A program made the position numbers and the translations under genes. Source: a bacterium (GTDB lineage: Bacteria; Bacteroidota; Ignavibacteria; Kapaibacteriales; UBA2268). From it: a stretch of 32,974 nucleotides of DNA. The notes beneath the pieces are model-generated. The model ran no database searches. It worked only from the letters and a program-made list of their open reading frames with translations, and was not told the DNA's origin. The DNA lies in contig JAUHXN010000001.1 in assembly GCA_030426865.1 (NCBI GenBank), positions 1 through 32,974 on the forward strand, given 5' to 3'. This document shows positions 6,326 to 14,334 of the stretch, piece after piece (within the stretch, counting starts at the first letter, position 1; every line of letters begins with the position of its first letter).

Positions 6326-8365
6326 ATGAAATTAAAATCTTATGTGCAAGGACAATGGCAAGAAGGCGAGGGCTCAGGTCAAGTATTAAAAAATGCGGTA
6401 ACTGGTGAAGTAGTAGCTGAAGTAAGCTCTAAAGGTGTCGATTACAAAGGCGCAGTAGAATACGCCCGAAATGTAGGCGGTAAAAACTTACGCCAGTACA
6501 CAACTCACGATCGTGCTTATATGCTACGTGATTTGGCAAAGCATTTATTGAGCAAAAAAGATTTGTTCTACCAGCTATCGTATGCTACTGGTGCAACCAA
6601 AGTTGATTCTTGGATTGACATAGAAGGTGGTATTGGTACGCTATTTACATATAGTGGTAAGGCAAGGCGTGAGATGCCAAACGAAAAATTTTACATAGAT
6701 GGTAAACTAGAACATCTTTCAAGAGAAGGCACATTCCAAGGTCATCATATATGTGTACCTAAGGAAGGTGTTGCTGTTCATATCAACGCATTTAATTTTC
6801 CTTGTTGGGGTATGCTTGAGAAGATTGCTCCATCGCTAGTTGCTGGTATGCCGTGTATAGTAAAACCGGCTTCTTTGACTTCGTATCTTACAGAGCTAAT
6901 GGTAAGAGAGATAATAGCATCTGGAATATTACCCGAAGGCTCGTTGCAGTTAATATCTGGCTCTGCTGGGGATATGCTTGACCACCTGGATATGCAAGAT
7001 GTAGTCACTTTCACGGGTTCACATGCTACAGGAGTGAAGCTAAAATCTCATCCGAATATTATCAATAATTCGATTCCGTTTAATATGGAAGCTGACTCGC
7101 TCAACTTCTCTATGCTTGGTATAGACGCTAAGCCCGGCACTGCAGAATTCGATTTATTTGTAAAAGAAGTATCAAGAGAAATGACTGTAAAATCTGGGCA
7201 GAAATGTACTGCTATTCGTCGTACATTAGTCCCTGAGCAATATGCTGATGATGTTATCAAAGCATTGAGCGATAGACTATCAAAAACGACTATGGGTGAC
7301 CCACTGCAAGAAGGCGTGAGAATGGGACCTTTGGCTGGTAGGGATCAAGTAAATGATGTAAGTGCTGCTCTGAAAAATCTTCTTGCAGACGCATCAATTG
7401 CTTACGGAGATTTGGATAATTTTGATCTAATTGGCGGTAGTAAAACGGAGGGTGCGTTCTTCCCTGCTATGTTGCTTTATTGCGATGATCCATTCAACAA
7501 GACAGCACCGCACAACATAGAGGCGTTCGGCCCTATAAGTACTGTTATGCCTTACAAGACAGTAGATGAAGCTATAGAACTAGCTAAGCTAGGTCGTGGT
7601 TCATTAGTCGGCTCTGTATTCACTGCTGACAATGAATTCGCTAAGTCAATTGCTTATGGAACTGCCGCGTACCATGGTCGTCTAATGTTCTTGAACGAAA
7701 AGTCAGCAAAAGAATCTACTGGTCACGGCTCACCTATGCCTCAGTTAGTGCACGGTGGACCGGGTAGAGCAGGTGGTGGTGAGGAACTTGGCGGTGTTCG
7801 CTCTATATTGCACTATATGCAACGTACAGCAATACAAGGTCATCCTGACACACTAACAGCTATAACTGGCGAATATCAAAAAGGATCAACTAGAACAGAA
7901 GAATTAATTCATCCGTTCAAAAAGAATTTCGAAGATTTACAAATCGGTGATAGCTTAACTACTCATAGAAGAACAGTAACAGAGACCGATATAGTAAACT
8001 TCGCTAATATTTCGGGTGACAATTTCTATGCTCATACTGATATTACTTCACTAGGTGAGGGAACGATATTCACTGGTAGAGTGGCTCACGGTTACTTTGT
8101 AATGTCGGCGGCGGCTGGTCTGTTCGTTGACCCTAAGAAAGGCCCAGTATTGGCTAACTACGGGTTGGACGAGCTTCGTTTTATTCAACCTGTGTATGTG
8201 AACGATACTATATACGTGAAGCTAACGGCAAAATCGAAACAAGACAAACAAGCGAAAGAAGATGAAATACCATCGGGTATAGTAAAGTGGGATGTAGAAG
8301 TTCTTAATCAGAATGATGAGCAAGTTGCTCAAGCCACTATCCTAACTTTGGTAGCTAAGAAGTAG
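6326..8365 (+). CDS. paaZ: Bifunctional aldehyde dehydrogenase / MaoC-type hydratase, PaaZ-like (oxepin-CoA hydrolase / 3-oxo-5,6-dehydrosuberyl-CoA semialdehyde dehydrogenase family)
   Basis: The 679 aa are collinear with E. coli PaaZ (681 aa) as I recall it. Shared blocks include GVAVHINAFNFPCWGMLEK, GQKCTAIRR, STGHGSPMPQLVHGGPGRAGGGEELGG and the C-terminal hot-dog block RVAHGYFVMSAAAGLFV. Confidence 0.88.
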   Translation: MKLKSYVQGQWQEGEGSGQVLKNAVTGEVVAEVSSKGVDYKGAVEYARNVGGKNLRQYTTHDRAYMLRDLAKHLLSKKDLFYQLSYATGATKVDSWIDIEGGIGTLFTYSGKARREMPNEKFYIDGKLEHLSREGTFQGHHICVPKEGVAVHINAFNFPCWGMLEKIAPSLVAGMPCIVKPASLTSYLTELMVREIIASGILPEGSLQLISGSAGDMLDHLDMQDVVTFTGSHATGVKLKSHPNIINNSIPFNMEADSLNFSMLGIDAKPGTAEFDLFVKEVSREMTVKSGQKCTAIRRTLVPEQYADDVIKALSDRLSKTTMGDPLQEGVRMGPLAGRDQVNDVSAALKNLLADASIAYGDLDNFDLIGGSKTEGAFFPAMLLYCDDPFNKTAPHNIEAFGPISTVMPYKTVDEAIELAKLGRGSLVGSVFTADNEFAKSIAYGTAAYHGRLMFLNEKSAKESTGHGSPMPQLVHGGPGRAGGGEELGGVRSILHYMQRTAIQGHPDTLTAITGEYQKGSTRTEELIHPFKKNFEDLQIGDSLTTHRRTVTETDIVNFANISGDNFYAHTDITSLGEGTIFTGRVAHGYFVMSAAAGLFVDPKKGPVLANYGLDELRFIQPVYVNDTIYVKLTAKSKQDKQAKEDEIPSGIVKWDVEVLNQNDEQVAQATILTLVAKK

Positions 8366-8387
8366 TAATAAAATACTTGAATTTCAG

Positions 8388-8426
8388 AATCCCTCAATTG
8401 CGAAAGTGGTTGAGGGATTTTTTTAT
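8388..8426 (+). terminator. Rho-independent terminator of the paaZ-like gene
   Basis: A 10-bp perfect stem aatccctcaa / ttgagggatt with a 12-nt loop, followed by a run of T. Confidence 0.8.
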
Positions 8427-8510
8427 TCTCAGTATTTCTAAGTGGGAAGAAGGATCCAGGAAAAGAATTCTTTAGAGATAGTTTAAACATTTAAAATAAC
8501 AAGTTTATAT

Positions 8511-9254
8511 TTAATTCCATAATCTTAGAGTAATAGGATTTAGAATCTCAAGTTCCCCTTTAACTTTTTCTATTGGTATTATAGTCGGATTCCTAAAAGT
8601 CACTTCTTTATTTAGTTTACTATTTCTAAATGCTATTATCTCTGCAGATATAATTTCTCCGAAACTTGTTACAATTCTAACTTTTGTTTCTGGACAGTAG
8701 TATCCATTTCTTCCCTTATATTGCAAGGCATCTTTCTTAACCTCTTCTTTTAACTCGTTAGAAATTAGTTCTACTTCGAAAGTTCTACCAGGTGATTTGG
8801 CAAACAAAACATTATACGAATTATCATTATCGAAATAATACCAACAATTTATCTCTTCTGTCATTGGCTTATATATATAGGAACCAATTCCAAAAATTAT
8901 TAATAACGGAATTAAAAATAATTTTTTGTAATGTCTATTAATAAATCTATACTCGTTTTTAACTGAGAACATTAGTAAAGAACTTAATAATAAAGGAATG
9001 AATGCTATTATCATTCTTTCGTAGTTATCAGGGTCATAAATCATTATAAATCCAATTGTTTCAGCACTAAATATAATCCATAAACAGGCTGAAACAAAGA
9101 AAGCCAAATCAGATTTAACGTGATTACGAACTCTCATGAAAAGTGCTAATATTGTTATTATTGTTAAAAATGGAAATTTAAGAGGAATTGAATATGTAAT
9201 CATCAATCCCCACAATACCAATAATATTGAAAATATATATTTTAGATTTTTCAA
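8511..9254 (-). CDS. Integral membrane protein, function unknown
   Basis: A 247-aa ORF with about five hydrophobic helices in the N-terminal 130 aa and a soluble C-terminal domain. The annotated start is a TTG directly abutting the upstream stop (TAGTTG), so the true start is uncertain; the next Met is residue 18. Confidence 0.6.
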   Translation of the reverse strand: MKNLKYIFSILLVLWGLMITYSIPLKFPFLTIITILALFMRVRNHVKSDLAFFVSACLWIIFSAETIGFIMIYDPDNYERMIIAFIPLLLSSLLMFSVKNEYRFINRHYKKLFLIPLLIIFGIGSYIYKPMTEEINCWYYFDNDNSYNVLFAKSPGRTFEVELISNELKEEVKKDALQYKGRNGYYCPETKVRIVTSFGEIISAEIIAFRNSKLNKEVTFRNPTIIPIEKVKGELEILNPITLRLWN

Positions 9255-10724
9255 CTATTCCTTTATAATCTTCTTAATCTTAGTACCATTGCTGTTCTTG
9301 ATATGAAAATAGTAAATGCCAGCTGCTAAATCAGAGATATCTATATTTGTATTGTTGTCTGTTAATTCAATGCTATAAACTTGTTTTCCTGTTGTATCAA
9401 CTATACTAATCTCACTTGGTAAAATACGTTCTGTGAATTGAATATTTACTTCACCTTTGGTAGGGTTCGGATAAACTGAAATGCTTTCTTCTTCGGCTCT
9501 CTCATAAACCGAGGTTTCGGGGTTGTATCTGAAGACTTTCACATAACCACTTCCACTTACGTTATGCTGAACACCAGAGATAACAATCATATCTCCATCG
9601 GAATTAAAACTAGTAGAAGTTCCAAACCAATCGTTGAAAGCTTCACCAAGTAACACTTGCCCTTTTTGAACCCATTCAGTTCCAACTAAATTATATATTC
9701 TAGTTAAACCAGAATTACTATGTAACGAATCGTTATGAGGATCACCTATTGCCATAACAGAACAATCAGAATTAAAACTTACATTAAGCGGAAGATGATG
9801 AGGTTCAATACTTTCAAGTAAACTATTGCCTGTGAGAATCCAATTATTATCTATATATTTATAAGTTATAATTCTATCTGTTTTTGTTTTATCTTCTTCA
9901 TTAATTACTGAATAACAAGTTATGGAATTACCTTCTGAATATAATTTGATAGACTCTAATTGAATATTTATATCATCTTCACCTATAATAGTTTCACCCA
10001 TTTTAGTCCATTCTCCATTAACAAATCTATATACATCAATTTTTCCAATTCTAGGGTAATCGCTTAAATTTTCATATTTGCCAATAGCAATGGAATTGCC
10101 ATCAGATGTGAAATCTACATAGTACCCGAAACCAGTATTATAACCATCCCCTATTATTTCTTTACCTATTTGTTCCCAATTCTCATTCACATATTTATAT
10201 ACTCTAATATTTCCCATTACATCCTTATTTCCAATACCACCTACAACTAGTGATAGACCATCTGAACTAAGTGATACAAAAAATCCTATTTGCTCAAATT
10301 CAGAATCGCCATAAATTTTTTGACCCATCTGCACCCACTTATTAGATTCTAATCTATAAACTGTTACAAGACCTGCATTTTCTTTCATTTCACTATTATA
10401 AGGTGCACCTGTTACCAGAAATTTCCCATTTGAACTAAATTCAAATTTTAAAATAGAATTACCATTAGTAGTATCACCTACTATACTTTGTCCAACTTGT
10501 TCCCATTGATTGTTTTTGAAAGTAAATACTCTAACTTGTCCAGATGCATTATTATGAAAATCAGCGGAAGCTGCAATTGTTAATCCGTCCTTGCTCATAC
10601 TCACGCGTGATCCAAATGTATCACCATCATTTTCTCCAATTTGCTTATCCCCCAACTGTTCCCATTGGGCATTTACAAGAGTTGGCGTTAGTACGATAAG
10701 TATTATAATTAGTATTTTTTTCAT
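9255..10724 (-). CDS. Secreted seven-repeat (beta-propeller-like) protein with a T9SS C-terminal sorting domain
   Basis: Signal peptide, then seven ~55-aa repeats each starting with a [NE]xW.Q.G..I.G motif (NQWEQVGQSIVGD, NKWVQMGQKIYGD, ENWEQIGKEIIGD, ...). The C-terminus VYPNPTKGEVNIQF...GIYYFHIKNSNGTKIKKIIKE is typical of T9SS type A CTDs. Confidence 0.8.
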   Translation of the reverse strand: MKKILIIILIVLTPTLVNAQWEQLGDKQIGENDGDTFGSRVSMSKDGLTIAASADFHNNASGQVRVFTFKNNQWEQVGQSIVGDTTNGNSILKFEFSSNGKFLVTGAPYNSEMKENAGLVTVYRLESNKWVQMGQKIYGDSEFEQIGFFVSLSSDGLSLVVGGIGNKDVMGNIRVYKYVNENWEQIGKEIIGDGYNTGFGYYVDFTSDGNSIAIGKYENLSDYPRIGKIDVYRFVNGEWTKMGETIIGEDDINIQLESIKLYSEGNSITCYSVINEEDKTKTDRIITYKYIDNNWILTGNSLLESIEPHHLPLNVSFNSDCSVMAIGDPHNDSLHSNSGLTRIYNLVGTEWVQKGQVLLGEAFNDWFGTSTSFNSDGDMIVISGVQHNVSGSGYVKVFRYNPETSVYERAEEESISVYPNPTKGEVNIQFTERILPSEISIVDTTGKQVYSIELTDNNTNIDISDLAAGIYYFHIKNSNGTKIKKIIKE

Positions 10725-10780
10725 ATTTCAATAGTCCAATTCAAATCAATAGAACAAAATAGGAAAGTTCTTAACTTTTT

Positions 10781-10817
10781 CAAAACAAAAAAACCCCACT
10801 GTAATAACAGCAGGGTT
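10781..10817 (-). terminator. Rho-independent terminator downstream of mscL
   Basis: On the minus strand, an 8-bp stem ccctgctg / cagtgggg (two G-U pairs) with loop ttatta, followed by tttttttgtttt. Confidence 0.65.
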
Positions 10818-10843
10818 GTAAAAAAGTAAATTTTATAAAGCGT

Positions 10844-11275
10844 TTACTTTTTAAGTAAATCACGGATTTCTGTCAATAATTGCTCTTCTTTAGAAGGTGG
10901 AGGAGGCGGTGCATCTACAGGCACTTCCTCTTTCTTTCTTCGCATATTCATGAACATTTTTACCATCATGAATATAGCAAAAGCAATAATTAAAAAATCT
11001 ACTGCAGTTTGGATAAAATTACCATAGAAAATAGCTACTTCTGGAACAGCTGCTACTGCAGCGCCGGCTGCATCAGTCGTTTCTGCTACACCTTCTTTCA
11101 ATACTATTTTCAAATCGGTGAATGAAACTCCTCCTAACAGCATACCTATCGGAGGCATTATAATATCGTTAACTAATGAGCTAACTATTTTACCAAATGC
11201 TCCACCTATGATGATACCCACTGCCATATCAATGACATTACCTTTCATCACAAACGCTTTAAAATCGTTTAGCAT
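10844..11275 (-). CDS. mscL: Large-conductance mechanosensitive channel MscL
   Basis: The N-terminus [40 protein letters not shown] matches the MscL signature. The 143-aa length and two TM helices fit the family. Confidence 0.93.
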   Translation of the reverse strand: MLNDFKAFVMKGNVIDMAVGIIIGGAFGKIVSSLVNDIIMPPIGMLLGGVSFTDLKIVLKEGVAETTDAAGAAVAAVPEVAIFYGNFIQTAVDFLIIAFAIFMMVKMFMNMRRKKEEVPVDAPPPPPSKEEQLLTEIRDLLKK

Positions 11276-11330
11276 ACACCCTCTCTAATAGTTTTACATA
11301 ATAAGCTATATGTAATATATGAAATTTTTT

Positions 11331-12026
11331 TTATTTAACAGTAGCTGTCATACATTTATGAAAATTTTTTTCCAAAATTTCCATATTTGATTGTATTGGC
11401 TCTATTACTTTTCCATCGACTGTGAAAAATGATTCGGCGCTCATTTCTATTGACAAGTTTCTGTTAGTATTATACCAAAACCTACTATCTTCATCAATTA
11501 ATGCTCCTATTTTACCTTCGTAAACAGAATTCAAAGTGTAATTACGAAGTTGACCATTTTTCCTGTAGTAACCAGTAACGACTAATGAATATCTTTGAGG
11601 TGATTTAACAAATTTATATCTCAAACTATCTTCGTATTTGTTCGCTTCTAGATCGTCCATTCTATCTAGACTGAATTCTATTTTCTTATAGTCTTCCGAA
11701 TACAAAATTAGATTTTTCATTATTAACCTATTCCACGTAGGATACTCACTATCATGGAAAATACCAGTAGTATAAAAATTAGAAGGATTTTTTTTATTTG
11801 GAACAGGGTTACGGTAGTAAAGTTGATTAGAATCTGTGAAAAAATAATAATTAAGAAGTACTATGTTATCAATCCCTGTTTCTGGGTCATTTACATAGTA
11901 TGTATCATTATTAACTATATTGATTACTCTATAAGAGATTGTATCGACGAATGCTTCTGGTTGTACCGATTCTTCTTCACAAGAAAATAGAAATAGTGTA
12001 ATAATAATAGTTAATAAAGCTTTCAT
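11331..12026 (-). CDS. Lipoprotein, function unknown
   Basis: Signal peptide with a lipobox-like LFLFSC followed by an acidic stretch. 231 aa with no motif I recognise. Confidence 0.6.
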   Translation of the reverse strand: MKALLTIIITLFLFSCEEESVQPEAFVDTISYRVINIVNNDTYYVNDPETGIDNIVLLNYYFFTDSNQLYYRNPVPNKKNPSNFYTTGIFHDSEYPTWNRLIMKNLILYSEDYKKIEFSLDRMDDLEANKYEDSLRYKFVKSPQRYSLVVTGYYRKNGQLRNYTLNSVYEGKIGALIDEDSRFWYNTNRNLSIEMSAESFFTVDGKVIEPIQSNMEILEKNFHKCMTATVK

Positions 12027-12175
12027 CGTATATAGTTTTTATTGGTTTGTAGGTCAATTCGGGTTTAATTTAGCAAAAGCCGTTGAGAAATTATAAATAT
12101 TCTAAGGTTTAATTATCCTAAAAATGTGTTAATTTTGTAAATAATCTAAATCAAATACACTTAAACAAGATAATC

Positions 12176-13429
12176 ATGATAGATATAAATATACTTAGAG
12201 AAAATCCAGAATTAGTTAAACAATCTGCTGAAAACAAAAATGCAAAGGTTGATATAGACAAAGCTTTGGAATTGGATGAGAATAGAAGAAAATTAATAGT
12301 AGAAGTAGAGAACCTAAAAGCTCTGAGAAACAAAGTAACACAAGAAATAGCTGACGCAAAGAAAAACAAAGTAGATGCGCAATCTAAAATAGATGAGATG
12401 CGTGTTGTATCCGGTAAAATAAAAGAATTAGATTCGCAATTAGCTGAAGTTGAATCAGACTTTAATGGATTATTACTTCAAATTCCGAATATTCACGATG
12501 AATCTGTCCCAGTTGGTAAAACAGAAAACGAAAATGTAATTACTAAAACTGTAGGCGAAACTACATCTGAAACTAAGCCAGATCACATAGAAATAGCAAA
12601 ACGATTAGGAATATTAGATTTTGAGCGTGGTGCGAAAGTATCTGGTAGTGGATTTGCCTTCTATACTGGTAAAGGTGCTGCACTAGAAAGAGCATTGATT
12701 AACTTCTTTTTAGATGAAAATACATCTAGAGGCTATTATGAGATGATGACACCATTTATGGTAAACGAAGAGTCTATGCGTGGAACTGGGCAATTACCAA
12801 AGATGGCAGAGGATATGTACCACATGCAAGAGGATAATATGTATATGATACCTACTGCAGAAGTGCCGCTAACTAACTTTCATAGAGACGATATGATACC
12901 ATATAGTGAATTAAACAAACAGATATGTGGTTATTCACCGTGTTTTCGTAGAGAGGCAGGGTCTTATGGCAAAGACGTCAGAGGATTCCTTAGAGTGCAT
13001 CAATTCAACAAAGTTGAGTTAGTCAAATTTACAAAACCAGAAGATAGTTGGACAGAATTAGATAAAATGGTTGAAGACGTAGAGAATTTACTTTCTAAAC
13101 TTGGTTTCACTTATAGACTTAATCAACTGTGTACTGGTGATACTAGCTTTGCTTCAGCTAAAACAATAGATTTGGAAGTATGGTCGGAAGGTGAACAAAA
13201 TTGGCTAGAAGTATCTAGTTGTTCTAATTTCATAGACTTCCAAGCTCGTAGAGCAAACATAAGATTCAAACGAACAGCTGATAGTAAACCAGAATTCGTA
13301 CATACATTGAACGGTTCTGGACTAGCTACTCCTAGAATCTTAGTAGCTCTGATAGAAAAGTATTATGATGGAGAGAAAATAAATATTCCAGAATGCCTTC
13401 ATCCTTACCTTAGGTTCAAGACAATCTAG
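12176..13429 (+). CDS. serS: Seryl-tRNA synthetase
   Basis: An N-terminal coiled-coil arm precedes class II motifs: SPCFRREAGSYGKDVRGFLRVHQFNKVE (motif 2) and NGSGLATPRILVALIE (motif 3). Confidence 0.95.
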   Translation: MIDINILRENPELVKQSAENKNAKVDIDKALELDENRRKLIVEVENLKALRNKVTQEIADAKKNKVDAQSKIDEMRVVSGKIKELDSQLAEVESDFNGLLLQIPNIHDESVPVGKTENENVITKTVGETTSETKPDHIEIAKRLGILDFERGAKVSGSGFAFYTGKGAALERALINFFLDENTSRGYYEMMTPFMVNEESMRGTGQLPKMAEDMYHMQEDNMYMIPTAEVPLTNFHRDDMIPYSELNKQICGYSPCFRREAGSYGKDVRGFLRVHQFNKVELVKFTKPEDSWTELDKMVEDVENLLSKLGFTYRLNQLCTGDTSFASAKTIDLEVWSEGEQNWLEVSSCSNFIDFQARRANIRFKRTADSKPEFVHTLNGSGLATPRILVALIEKYYDGEKINIPECLHPYLRFKTI

Positions 13430-13491
13430 ATTGTTTATTATATATTAATGTTCTTCTTTTTTAAATATAAATCTAATGTTTTTAATAAGGC

Positions 13492-13700
13492 GGTGGATAA
13501 GGTGTAAAATTTTTTGTTGCATCGTATTCTAATCTATAAATACCATAAGTTTGAATATACCGAAAAACTATAAAAAACGATGTAGATAATTCTGTATAAA
13601 AAAGTGGAAATGTTGGATTAATGTTAACAAACACGATGCAAATTTATTTACCCATATTTATTCCACATAAAGTTAAAATTGTGGATATATGAAATCCACA
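13492..13700. promoter_or_regulatory. Cluster of DnaA-box-like 9-mers in a 358-bp AT-rich intergenic region
   Basis: Three 8/9 matches to TGTGGATAA in one orientation: ggtggataa 13492-13500, tgtagataa 13581-13589 and tgtggatat 13680-13688. There are 7/9 matches at 13659-13667 and 13692-13700. The palindrome tgtggat-atatga-atccaca spans 13680-13700. Confidence 0.25.
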
Positions 13701-13787
13701 GAAATATGCATCTATGTTGAGAAAGAAACGGTTCTGTGTTTAAAATTTAGTAAGTTAAAGTTTATCAAATAATTGAATAAAAATAGT

Positions 13788-14228
13788 ATGAAAATAGCAA
13801 TATCTGCAGACCACGCTGGCTTTGAATTAAAAGAATTATTAATTAATGAGCTAAAAGAATCAGGATATGATGTAGCAGATTACGGTACAAATAGTACAGA
13901 TTCGATTGACTATCCCGATTATTCTTATGTAGCTGCAAAATCTGTAGCTGAAGGTGACAATGAGTTGGGAATAATTATCTGTGGATCGGGTGTAGGTGTA
14001 TCTATAACTGCAAACAAAGTTAAGGGTATAAGGGCAGCAAACTGCTTCAACTCCGAGATGGCTGCATTAGCTCGTCAGCATAATAATGCAAATGTAATAT
14101 GCTTAGGCGCTAGGTTTTTAACTACAGAACAAGCTACAGAAATGGTTAATATATTTCTTACTACCGAGTTTGAAGGTGGTCGCCACCAAAGAAGAGTAGA
14201 TAAGATTCACAGTTTGACTGGTTGTTAA
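13788..14228 (+). CDS. rpiB: Ribose-5-phosphate isomerase B (RpiB/LacA/LacB family)
   Basis: MKIAISADHAGFELKE..., GIIICGSGVGVSITANK and a C-terminal EFEGGRHQRRV block are typical of RpiB. I set the start at the ATG at 13788 rather than the TTG at 13773. Confidence 0.92.
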   Translation: MKIAISADHAGFELKELLINELKESGYDVADYGTNSTDSIDYPDYSYVAAKSVAEGDNELGIIICGSGVGVSITANKVKGIRAANCFNSEMAALARQHNNANVICLGARFLTTEQATEMVNIFLTTEFEGGRHQRRVDKIHSLTGC

Positions 14229-14258
14229 TACTCTGTATATCAGCCAATCTATTAAACA

Positions 14259-14284
14259 TAAAAAGTCCATCTAGTCAGATGGGC
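14259..14284 (-). terminator. Probable terminator of the 885-aa T9SS cargo gene
   Basis: An 8-bp stem (gcccatct / agatggac on the minus strand, one G-U pair) with a 4-nt loop, followed by ttttt on the minus strand. Confidence 0.45.
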
Positions 14285-14334
14285 ATAATTAATAAAAATA
14301 TTGCATTTATTACAGCTTTTAAAATAATTTAAGA

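Noticed and set aside
10893-10910. Penta-proline run (APPPPPS) in the MscL C-terminal linker as a possible stalling or regulatory site
   Set aside because: The MscL linker is poorly conserved and proline-rich linkers are common. Nothing in the sequence indicates a regulatory role.
12151-12369. 72-aa minus-strand ORF overlapping the 5' end of serS
   Set aside because: It is the Phe/Ser/Leu-rich mirror frame of the Lys/Glu-rich coiled-coil arm of SerS. SerS is unambiguous, so this ORF is spurious.
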